64,000 nucleotides of DNA from an uncultured Acidobacteriota bacterium (GTDB taxonomy: Bacteria > Acidobacteriota > Terriglobia > Acidiferrales > UBA7541): NCBI GenBank assembly GCA_963804625.1, contig CAWDRJ010000013.1, positions 10,065-74,064 on the forward strand, given 5' to 3'. Of the stretch, positions 16,017-24,358 are shown piece after piece (within the stretch, counting starts at the first letter, position 1; every line of letters starts with the position of its first letter). A program made the translations under genes and the position numbers. Below the pieces are notes generated by a model. The model had not been told where the DNA came from and did not search any database. It was given only the letters and a program-made list of their open reading frames with translations.

Positions 16017-18445
16017 TGTCGGTTCCGAAAATTCTGACCCTTTTCATTCCGGAAATTCTGAGCCGTCCGGCAATAGCCGGAAGGGCTAAAACTCTCTCTG
16101 TGCCCCCGGTCGGTGAACCGGTCGGGCGGAGGGAGGAGGATGTTAGGAATGCTAAAGCGTCACGAAGTCGAGATTCTACTGAAGGCTGGGCACCCCAAGG
16201 CCGAAGTGGCCCGTCTGGCGGGAGTTTCCCTGTGCTCTGTTAAGCGCATTGCAGAGGAAGTTCCGGTGGTTCATGTCGATGATGCCGCGGAGCGAGAGAA
16301 GCGGCGGATCGGCAGACCCAGCATCGTTGAGGATTTCCGGAAGCCCGTCTTAAAGATTCTAGAAGAAAAACCCGACCTACCCTCTCTGGAGATTCTTCGC
16401 CGGGTTCGGGAAGCGGGCTACCAGGGAGGCAAGACCGCCTTGTACGCTCTGGTGGCTTGTGTTCGTCCGAAAGAGATAAAACCGCTAATTCGTTTCGAAG
16501 GTCTGCCCGGAGAATTTAGCCAACATGACTTCGGAGAAGTAGAGGTTACCTTTCTCGACGGGTCGTCCCGTCGCACCCACTTTTTCGCTTCTCGCCTGAA
16601 GTACTCCCGATGGATCCGCGTCAGTGTAGTGAAGGACCAGACGGTAGAGAGCTTGGTGCGCAACCTGGCCGAGCATCTCGACAGTTGGGGTGGAGTTCCG
16701 CTGCTGTGCGTGTTCGATCGACCGAAAACGGTGGCTCTGAAGTGGCGGAGGAACGGCGAAGTCACGGAATGGAATCCGGTCTTCGCTTACGCCATGCTGG
16801 AGATGGGCATCGGGGTGGAGTTGTGCTGGCCTCAGCAGCCGCAGCAAAAAGGGGCTGTCGAGAACCTGGTGGGCTTCGTAAAATCTTCCTTCTTCAAAGT
16901 GCGGTGCTTCCACGATCAAGCGGATCTCGAGCAGCAACTCGTCGCATGGCATCGCGAAGTGAACCAGGAGCGTCCCTGCCGCGCGACGGGCATCATCCCC
17001 GCCGTGCGCCTTGCCGAAGAAGCCCCCAGACTGCGTTCCTTGAAGGTGCCCCCGAAAGATCTAGCGCTTCGCATTCCAGTCTATGTCGGCCCGACGGGCA
17101 CCGTTCTGCATGATGGTCATCCTTACTCGATGCCTCCCGAGGCCCTTAGCATGCCGGCGACGCTGTACTTGTATGCCGATCGCGTACGCATCGTGGCGGG
17201 CCGCTATGATGTCAAACATCCGCGGAAATTCATTGCCCACGAAGGCTCTACGCTCGCCGCGCATCGCGCGGCCCTGGTGGCGGCGGTATCCGGCAAGCGC
17301 GGCAAACGCTATCTGAAGCGTCAGCAGTTGCTCGAAATCGGAGAGCCTGCTTTTCTCTACCTCACCGAGATCGTTCATCGCCGGCCCGGGCAGTGGTTCC
17401 ACGACATCGATCGGCTGCACGACCTCCTGCAGAACCACGGAGCTGAGGTTCTTCGCCGTGCCATGCAACAGGGCCTGCAAGAGCAAGTTTTTAGTGCCAT
17501 CTACATTGAGAGTTCTCTTCAGCGTCCACTCGTTTTCCAGGAGGAGATGCCATGAGCAAAGAACAGGTTAAGAAAAATCCGCGCGAGGCATCGATGGCTA
17601 CAAAGCAGGACGACCACACGCTGAAGAGTCTGGAACTCTCCGAAGGCCAGCTCGAGGCGCACTTCCGGCGTCTAAATCTGGCGCACACGCGCCGGATCTA
17701 CCAGGAAGTTGCCGTTCGGGCGGAGAAGGAAAGTTGGTCGTATCGAGACTTCCTGGCTCTGCTGCTGGCCGAAGAAGTAGCGCGAAGGAAACAGACGCGA
17801 CTGCAGCGTTGTACGCGGAGCGCACACTTCCCGTTCTTCAAGACCATCGACGAGTTCGACTTCACCTTGCAGTCGACACTCCGGGAATCCGTGATCGGCT
17901 CCTACCTCGGGCTGGACTTCGTCACCGAGGGACGGTCGTTGATCCTGCACGGGAAGACCGGCAGAGGGAAGACCCATCTGGCGGTGGCCATCGGATACCG
18001 TGCCATCCAGAACGGCTTCGAGGCACTCTTCACGACGGCCGCAGAACTCATCGAAGATCTTTCCAATGCCAGCAAGAAGGGACACCTCCAGGAATCGCTG
18101 GCAACCTACACGCACCCTCACGCCCTCATCATCGATGAGGTTGGATATCTGACCTACGGGCCGGACGCTGCCAACGTGCTCTTCCACGTGGTGAATGATC
18201 GGCACCTGAGGAAGCGGCCGATGATCTTCACAACCAACAAGCCACTGAATGAGTGGGGCAAGGTATTACACGACGAAGATATGGCAGCGGCAATCCTCGA
18301 TCGGGTTCTCGAGCGCGGGCGCTTTATCCATCTCGATGGACCCTCGGGGAGAACCCGTCATCTCAACCTGGAAGAGACCTTGCCAGAAAATACAAAACGG
18401 CTCAGAATTTCCGGAATTGGCGGCTCAGAATTTCCGGAACCCACA
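16017..18445 (+). mobile_element. IS21-family element (2429 bp) with 5-bp target duplication CTCGT
   Basis: The left inverted repeat is TGTCGGTTCCGAAAATTCTGA. The right one is the reverse complement of TCAGAATTTCCGGAACCCACA (19/21 match). Internal repeats (TTCCGGAAATTCTGAGCCG) occur at both ends. CTCGT is present at 16012-16016 and 18446-18450. Confidence 0.9.
16140..17555 (+). CDS. istA: IS21-family transposase IstA
   Basis: A strong GGAGGGAGGAGG Shine-Dalgarno precedes ATG 16140. The protein has an HTH N-terminus and a DDE core (..FSQHDFGEV..VFDRPKTV..). Confidence 0.9.
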   Translation: MLGMLKRHEVEILLKAGHPKAEVARLAGVSLCSVKRIAEEVPVVHVDDAAEREKRRIGRPSIVEDFRKPVLKILEEKPDLPSLEILRRVREAGYQGGKTALYALVACVRPKEIKPLIRFEGLPGEFSQHDFGEVEVTFLDGSSRRTHFFASRLKYSRWIRVSVVKDQTVESLVRNLAEHLDSWGGVPLLCVFDRPKTVALKWRRNGEVTEWNPVFAYAMLEMGIGVELCWPQQPQQKGAVENLVGFVKSSFFKVRCFHDQADLEQQLVAWHREVNQERPCRATGIIPAVRLAEEAPRLRSLKVPPKDLALRIPVYVGPTGTVLHDGHPYSMPPEALSMPATLYLYADRVRIVAGRYDVKHPRKFIAHEGSTLAAHRAALVAAVSGKRGKRYLKRQQLLEIGEPAFLYLTEIVHRRPGQWFHDIDRLHDLLQNHGAEVLRRAMQQGLQEQVFSAIYIESSLQRPLVFQEEMP

Positions 18446-18544
18446 CTCGTTTTCCAAACACGTGCGCGGAGAGGCCTTGCTTCTCTTGCCAGAGCTGGAC
18501 GGAACTGTGAAACGAATCCACGGCACCGCAATCTTCTTCGCTGA
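17552..18544 (+). CDS. istB: IS21-family helper ATPase IstB (ORF reads through the right IS end)
   Basis: It shares an ATGA overlap with istA. Walker A is GKTGRGKTHL and Walker B is LIIDEVGY. There is no stop codon before the IS terminus at 18445, so the last ~33 codons come from flanking DNA. Confidence 0.85.
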   Translation: MSKEQVKKNPREASMATKQDDHTLKSLELSEGQLEAHFRRLNLAHTRRIYQEVAVRAEKESWSYRDFLALLLAEEVARRKQTRLQRCTRSAHFPFFKTIDEFDFTLQSTLRESVIGSYLGLDFVTEGRSLILHGKTGRGKTHLAVAIGYRAIQNGFEALFTTAAELIEDLSNASKKGHLQESLATYTHPHALIIDEVGYLTYGPDAANVLFHVVNDRHLRKRPMIFTTNKPLNEWGKVLHDEDMAAAILDRVLERGRFIHLDGPSGRTRHLNLEETLPENTKRLRISGIGGSEFPEPTLVFQTRARRGLASLARAGRNCETNPRHRNLLR

Positions 18545-18628
18545 CTTGAGCGATGAGACGTCCGTCGGCCGATGACACAGGGGGGAAGTCATACCGCCCG
18601 CACGAGCCAGCGCCAAACACTCCGGCCT

Positions 18629-21055
18629 CTAGAACGACGTAACAAGGCGGAATGTGTACTGCCGTGCCGGACCGATTGCGTTGCCGGAGAACAATCCTCC
18701 GAAGTCGATCAGTTCGAGCGCGTTGCTCAAGTTCTGAGCATCGGCCTGGAATCGAACCGAGCGGTTATCCCGCTTGTAGAGATCGACGCTCACCGAAGCA
18801 TTCTGCGTGAAGTACGGACTGATGCGGTCGCGATTAAAATTGAGGTGATTAACCACCACTTGACCGTATTCCGCGGCATATTGCTCAGGAGTCAAATCCG
18901 GTTGAAACGGCAGTCCCGTGTTGTAATCACATCCCAAAGCGACCCACAAGCGCGGAACGATCTGATAGCGGAAACGAGAGCGCGCGGTATTTCGCTGGTC
19001 CTGTGAGTCGGGAAAATGCCCGGTGGTTGGGTTAATCGCATTATCTCCCAAGAACAAGCCACCGGTCACCGGGAACCATGCGTTCCCGACGATGTAGGAG
19101 TAGCTAGCGAATCCTGAGAACCCCTTCCATTCCACGAGTTGCAGCTTGGCTTCGGCACCGTAGAGGATGGCGTGGTCAAATGCGATGGGAAAACTAATCC
19201 CGGTGCTCAGAATTTGAGAGTCGTCGGCGTAATTGTTCACTTGACGACGGAACATATTTGCATCCAGCCGCAGTCTCCCGAAAAATGCTTTCGTGGCTCC
19301 CAATTCATAATAATTGCCGTGAGAAGGCTGAACCGGCAGTTGCAGTGCGGGAACGCTGGTGTCTATGGCCTCCGCAGCCGGAGAACTGGCTAAAAGAATG
19401 TTTTCGAAGGAGGGCGTCTGGAAGACCCGGTCATAGGAGAAGTGAATATTTAAGCCAATAGTGGGGAAATAGCGCGAGACGGCAATGCGCGGGCTGACCG
19501 CATTCTGATTCACCAACAGTTGGTAGTGATCCCAGCGAAGGCCGGCGTTGACCGTCCAATTGCCGAGTCGGATTAAATCCTGAACATAGGCCGATTGTTC
19601 AACATCCGGACGCTGGCCTTGAAAGGCAAAGTTTATCGCGCCGGAATCTAAGATTCCCAGATTGATAGGACATTGCGGATTGGTAGGGTCTTCACAGTCG
19701 GGTATCACGTATTTGGTGTTTTCGTGTAGGAAGATGTTATCGGATTCGATTCCCGCTTTCCATTCCTGCCTCCGATGATGGATGGAGACGCTGCCGTTGA
19801 AGTAGATCTCCTTGAAGTCGTTGTGCTGAGTGGCAATAAGGGGCCAGGAAGCCTCGTTGGAATAGAAGTCGTTCGAGTTATCGCGGCCCATTCCGCGTAA
19901 CACGCCTATCGCGTCGGGAGAAAAAATGTGTTGGTAAGTGACGCTCCCCATGGTTTCAAAGTTGTCCCCGGTCTGGAGCTGCCCACCGGGAATAAACACG
20001 CAATCGCTTGGCTCCGGGGGAGCGGGTGGGCAGCCGGAGATGTTGTCCGCATTCGGTAGATATGCTCCGTTCTGTTGTACCAATTCGTTGGGGATTTGAT
20101 AGCGCGCCAGTTCATGGCGGACAATGAAAGTTAGACGGTCTTTTGGCGTGAACTCCCGCTCATAGCTCCCCGAAAAATTCGCGACGGTACCGGTGTTGGT
20201 GTAATTCTCAGGTACCACCGGGTTCAGATAGTGCCCGGCCATGTTCCCGGAGGCGCTCAGGCCAATCGTATTCTTACCCCACGTGTATTGGTCCTGGGTA
20301 CTGATCCCGGCCGTGTCGTAGGTGCCGCCGAAAAGGGTGAGTTGCCCGTGGAATCCCGGATCTTCGTTCTTGAGAGTAGTGACCTCAACCACGCCGCCCA
20401 TCTTGCGGCCAAATTCCGCAGGAATGCCGGCGGTATAAATCGTGAGGGATTCGACGTCATCGACTTCGGCAGGCTCCAGACCAAAGCTGGACGAACGGTT
20501 GTCTGTGAGCGGTATGCCGTCGACAACAAATTGCGTCTGATATTCCGATCCGCGTGGGTGCAAAACCGCATTGCCCTCGTAAAGCCAGCCCGGCTGTGAA
20601 TTTACCAAGTCCTGTAACGAACGACCCGGAAGCGAGCTGAGCCGGTTTTGGATGGTGTCTGCGCCTATCTGGCTGACGGCACCAGGTTGATCGGAGTCAA
20701 TCAGTGTATCACCTGCACTGACAGTGACGGATTGCTGGACCGACGGCAGCTTCAGTTGAATAAGGTGATCGATTGGAATGGAGGAGCGAATTTCCACGGA
20801 TTCGGATGCGACAGCAAAGCCGGGCTTGGTAATTTCCAGCCGATAGATTCCTAACGGCAGGAACTGCACGTCGAGGGTGCCCTGATCACTGGTAGCAAGT
20901 GAATCGCGATACTGGTTAGCCTCGCTCACGATCAGCACCGTCGTTTTCACGGCAAGACCGGATGGATCTGTCACCCTGAGACGCAATTCGCCGCTATTGC
21001 TTTGGCAATAGAGCGGGAAGGCACATAGAAAGAAAAGACACGCAATTCTCCTCAT
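18629..21055 (-). CDS. TonB-dependent receptor with N-terminal carboxypeptidase-regulatory-like domain
   Basis: From ATG 21055 the protein has a signal peptide (MRRIACLFFLCAFPLYCQ), a CarboxypepD_reg-like stretch (GELRLRVTDPSGLAV), a plug (..FVVDGIPLTD..) and a C-terminal ..YTFRLVTSF. Confidence 0.85.
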   Translation of the reverse strand: MRRIACLFFLCAFPLYCQSNSGELRLRVTDPSGLAVKTTVLIVSEANQYRDSLATSDQGTLDVQFLPLGIYRLEITKPGFAVASESVEIRSSIPIDHLIQLKLPSVQQSVTVSAGDTLIDSDQPGAVSQIGADTIQNRLSSLPGRSLQDLVNSQPGWLYEGNAVLHPRGSEYQTQFVVDGIPLTDNRSSSFGLEPAEVDDVESLTIYTAGIPAEFGRKMGGVVEVTTLKNEDPGFHGQLTLFGGTYDTAGISTQDQYTWGKNTIGLSASGNMAGHYLNPVVPENYTNTGTVANFSGSYEREFTPKDRLTFIVRHELARYQIPNELVQQNGAYLPNADNISGCPPAPPEPSDCVFIPGGQLQTGDNFETMGSVTYQHIFSPDAIGVLRGMGRDNSNDFYSNEASWPLIATQHNDFKEIYFNGSVSIHHRRQEWKAGIESDNIFLHENTKYVIPDCEDPTNPQCPINLGILDSGAINFAFQGQRPDVEQSAYVQDLIRLGNWTVNAGLRWDHYQLLVNQNAVSPRIAVSRYFPTIGLNIHFSYDRVFQTPSFENILLASSPAAEAIDTSVPALQLPVQPSHGNYYELGATKAFFGRLRLDANMFRRQVNNYADDSQILSTGISFPIAFDHAILYGAEAKLQLVEWKGFSGFASYSYIVGNAWFPVTGGLFLGDNAINPTTGHFPDSQDQRNTARSRFRYQIVPRLWVALGCDYNTGLPFQPDLTPEQYAAEYGQVVVNHLNFNRDRISPYFTQNASVSVDLYKRDNRSVRFQADAQNLSNALELIDFGGLFSGNAIGPARQYTFRLVTSF

Positions 21056-21280
21056 CAACAAGCACCCCTGTGGTTTCGCAATTGGTCTTGATAGATGGAA
21101 AAGGCCCCACGGCGCGGATTGCGCCCACACCAAGCCCGAGGCATTCCTGTGCGTTCACCCTTCATCTTGAATATTCCGTTCCCTCCCGTTTTGTTCAGCC
21201 TTTTTTTTTCGGCCCTGCGCGGAAGCTGAAAACGAAGTTCAAAAACCTTGAACAGAACTCGAGCTAAAGGAATATATGTA

Positions 21281-21883
21281 ATGGGGACGATGCTGATTCC
21301 TCCGAAAGATTTGATCGGCGAAGTGCTTTTTCCGAGGCGTGCGGCCGCCGCAGGTGCCGGCGGGCATTCCGAGATCGAGTGCCGGGTCATTGACCTGTTT
21401 GATCGATTTCGAAGTCCCCTTCTGCGCTATGCGTTGTCGCTGGGCCTATCCGTGCATGATGCAGAGGACGTCATTCAGGAGGTATTTTTGGCGCTCTTCG
21501 GGCACTTGCAACTTGGAAAATCTCGTCGAAACCTCCACGGCTGGATCTTTCGGGTGGCGCACAATCTCTCCCTGAAGAAGCGGACCGCCAACATACGGCT
21601 GCAAGACACGCTGGGTACAGACACGACCGTTGTGGAGGGGTTATTGGACGCGACTCCCAACCCAGAAGAGCAAATGGCTTCAGGCCAAGAGATGGGGCGT
21701 TTGCGAGCGACTCTGCGCGCCTTGCCGGAACAGGATCGCTGCTGCCTCACGCTCCGTGCGGAGGGTCTGCGTTACCGGGAGCTAGCAATGACTCTGGGGA
21801 TTTCTCTGGGGTCCGTATCGATTTCGCTCGCGCGTTCTTTAGCGCGCCTAAGAAGTGCAAGCCAAGGACAGACGTTATGGTAG
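21281..21883 (+). CDS. ECF-type RNA polymerase sigma-70 factor
   Basis: Region 2 reads DAEDVIQEVFLALF..WIFRVAHN. Region 4 reads LPEQDRCCLTLRAEGLRYRELAMTLGISLGSV. Confidence 0.85.
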   Translation: MGTMLIPPKDLIGEVLFPRRAAAAGAGGHSEIECRVIDLFDRFRSPLLRYALSLGLSVHDAEDVIQEVFLALFGHLQLGKSRRNLHGWIFRVAHNLSLKKRTANIRLQDTLGTDTTVVEGLLDATPNPEEQMASGQEMGRLRATLRALPEQDRCCLTLRAEGLRYRELAMTLGISLGSVSISLARSLARLRSASQGQTLW

Positions 21884-22854
21884 ACGAAGAGCTCCACGTA
21901 TCAGACCAGGACCTGCTGCGCGCCGCTGATGGCGAGCTTCCCCGAAGGCGAGCGAGGAAGATCGAAAAGCACCTGGCGTCTTGCTGGACTTGCCGGACCC
22001 GGTCGCGAGACATCGATTCCACCATAGCGGACTTCGTCCACTTCCATTGCGACACGCTGAATTCACAATTGCCTCCGGGCGCAGGCTCACGCGCTCTGCT
22101 CAAGGCCCAATTGGCCGAGTTGGCAGCCAAGCCTGTGCTGGGAGTGTGGCCGCAACTTCTGCAACTTATTCGACCCCGCCGCGCTGTGGCATATGTCTGC
22201 GTGACGCTCTTCCTCGCCGCCTTGGGAGGCGAGATTCTACTGCGGCATTCGCAACCGCAACGATCGGCGTCATCAACCGTTCTGTTCGATAACGCGGCCT
22301 TGCCAAATCACACCTTGACACCTGGGGTGACGTTGCCCGTTACCATCAACGACGTGTGTGCCGCGCTTCACGAAGAAGTGGTCCGCGAAGTTCCACCGTC
22401 GTTGCGTCAACAAGTTTTCCAGGAGTACGGGCTTGTGAATGCTCGCGCGGAAGACTACGAAATCGATTTCCTTATCGCCCCACGATTAGGAGGGGCAGAA
22501 AACATCCGTAACCTTTGGCCGGAGCCCTACTCTATGCCCGCATGGAACGCGCACAGGAAGGACGCTTTGGAAGAGTATCTTCATCAATTGGTTTGTGCGG
22601 GGAAACTCGACCTTCCGACCGCGCAACACGATATCGCGACCAACTGGATCGCGGCCTACAAGAAATACTTTCACACGAACGCTCCCGTTTCGACGGATTC
22701 GAAGCTAACTCCGTCAATCGAGGCGCCCGACGGCGCGCGGAATCGTGCCGTCCTTCCCCCTGTCGCTCAGCACCGAACAACGCACCGAAGAACGTCCGAA
22801 TCGTTGGTCGCGTTACTGCTGTCGGGGTTTTTCTGGAGCGGCAAGTGCGCGTAG
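21877..22854 (+). CDS. Anti-sigma factor (zf-HC2 type) with one TM segment and an unknown C-terminal domain
   Basis: It overlaps the end of the sigma gene. The zf-HC2 motif is HLASCWTCRTR and the TM segment is AVAYVCVTLFLAALGGEILL. Confidence 0.7.
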   Translation: MVDEELHVSDQDLLRAADGELPRRRARKIEKHLASCWTCRTRSRDIDSTIADFVHFHCDTLNSQLPPGAGSRALLKAQLAELAAKPVLGVWPQLLQLIRPRRAVAYVCVTLFLAALGGEILLRHSQPQRSASSTVLFDNAALPNHTLTPGVTLPVTINDVCAALHEEVVREVPPSLRQQVFQEYGLVNARAEDYEIDFLIAPRLGGAENIRNLWPEPYSMPAWNAHRKDALEEYLHQLVCAGKLDLPTAQHDIATNWIAAYKKYFHTNAPVSTDSKLTPSIEAPDGARNRAVLPPVAQHRTTHRRTSESLVALLLSGFFWSGKCA

Positions 22855-22861
22855 CCTGGCC

Positions 22862-23854
22862 TCAGCCAATCATTCGTTCAAGAACGAGGTGGACTGCACG
22901 AAAGATTGCAGGCCACGCGTTCAGCATGATCGCCGCCAAAGTCAGGAGGAGCAACTCTCCCCAATCACCCGCGCGGACCCGCCGGAACGACTCTTGTGAA
23001 GACGATTGAACCGAAGTGCCCGGCTCCATCAGCAATAAGCGGTTAACCCGTTCCTCTAGATTAGTGTCCCCGACCAGCGAGACCGAAAGGCGCGAACGGG
23101 GAGCTACACCCAAGCCTGCAACTCGAACCAATGCTTGGGCAAGTATGAGCGGCGCTTGGGCGTCCCCGCGTGTTGCATCGTCGTCCGCGGACCACTCGGC
23201 AAGTTTCATCCAGGCGCGTTCCAGGCGTGCAAAGCAACGCGAGACCGGCAGCGCCTCAGGCGCCAGCAAGATAAGGAGTCGCTTTAGGTTATCGCCGGAA
23301 ATTCGATGCGCCTTTTCATGACGTAACGCCACCGCAAATTCTTCAGGCGAAAGGGCCAGTTGAACATCTCGCGAGAAAATCACACGCGGGCGAAATATTC
23401 CGCACAACCCGAAAATCGGAGGGCTAGCGCAAGCCACCGCGGTTAGAGACGAATCCCCGGCGAGAGACGTCGCACGGCCTGCCAGTTCGGCAGAGCGGGC
23501 GAACTCAGCCGAGAGCATTAACGCGTAAATGGTTCGCGAGATCGAGACGGCCCAAATCGCCAGCCCGCAAAGCGCGGCTGCCGAGCACAGCAGATTCATA
23601 CGCTCGTCGGACACGCGGGGCTCAAAAAGCAAATAGCTGGGGGCGCATAGACCGGCCACTATCACCAACGAGAGAGAGACAGGCAAAACACGGAGAAACA
23701 ATAGGAAGCGAGCGCCCTGACGGGCAGGCATCTTTTCCGCGAAGCGAATGGCCATCGGGGCCGCGCCCAAAGCAGCGAATCCCAAGAAGCCGTGAACCAG
23801 GAAGAAGGCGGCCGCGCAGCAAGCCAGCAGTTTCAAGGCGTAAGGAAGAATCAT
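22862..23854 (-). CDS. BlaR1/MecR1-like M56 peptidase sensor
   Basis: It has multiple TM segments, an HEKAH zinc motif and an overlap with the upstream blaI-like gene. Confidence 0.8.
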   Translation of the reverse strand: MILPYALKLLACCAAAFFLVHGFLGFAALGAAPMAIRFAEKMPARQGARFLLFLRVLPVSLSLVIVAGLCAPSYLLFEPRVSDERMNLLCSAAALCGLAIWAVSISRTIYALMLSAEFARSAELAGRATSLAGDSSLTAVACASPPIFGLCGIFRPRVIFSRDVQLALSPEEFAVALRHEKAHRISGDNLKRLLILLAPEALPVSRCFARLERAWMKLAEWSADDDATRGDAQAPLILAQALVRVAGLGVAPRSRLSVSLVGDTNLEERVNRLLLMEPGTSVQSSSQESFRRVRAGDWGELLLLTLAAIMLNAWPAIFRAVHLVLERMIG

Positions 23855-24312
23855 TGACGCTCCCGCCGTGCAAGCTCCTGGCGCCTCGCTTGAATTTTGT
23901 TTTCGAGCACGTCGAGAAGCGCCTTATCATGCTGGCCCAGCGCGTCCACTAGGGTTGAAAACAACAACTCACGTGAGGACCCGGAGCCATCGACGAATGC
24001 CATCACCAAATCTCCGGCTCGTCCTTGTTCCCATTCCTGCCGCGACAATCGGGGAGAATACAGAAAGGCCCGCCCAACCCTGCGCCGGCCCAAGAGGAAT
24101 TTCTTGTACAAACGCTCCAGGGTGGTCATCACAGTGGTATAGGCCAGCGGCCTGTTGAGCCGCTCGCGAACGTCACGGACGCTGCTTTCCCCAAGGTCCC
24201 AGAGAATTTCCATCACGCTGAATTCCAGGTGGCCCAAGGCCGCAGGCGAAACTTCCGCCTGGTTCTTCGCGACTGGAGTTTTCAAGAGGCGGAACATTGT
24301 TTTGCGCAGCAA
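23851..24312 (-). CDS. BlaI/MecI/CopY-family transcriptional repressor
   Basis: The winged-helix region reads LEFSVMEILWDLGESSVRDVRERLNRPLAYTTVMTTLERLYKK. Confidence 0.85.
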   Translation of the reverse strand: MLRKTMFRLLKTPVAKNQAEVSPAALGHLEFSVMEILWDLGESSVRDVRERLNRPLAYTTVMTTLERLYKKFLLGRRRVGRAFLYSPRLSRQEWEQGRAGDLVMAFVDGSGSSRELLFSTLVDALGQHDKALLDVLENKIQARRQELARRERQ

Positions 24313-24358
24313 TCATACCAAACACAACAGGAAAGGAGTGCACAGCCGGCTGGTGGTA

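Larger units (their letters stand above)
15785..18620 (-). pseudogene. Small hypothetical ORF (~145 codons when restored) split by the IS21 insertion
   Basis: ORFs 18402-18620 and 15785-16003 fall in one frame after removing 16017-18450. The junction then reads ..GLSAHVFGKRGHSMTVFTVGH... Confidence 0.5.

Noticed and set aside
21769-21778. Matches to the repeat core inside coding sequence: GCGTTACCGG in the sigma-factor gene, and GTCGCGTTAC at 22807-22816 in the anti-sigma gene.
   Set aside because: They are isolated 10-mers without the hairpin partner or distal motif. They lie inside well-supported CDSs and are treated as chance.
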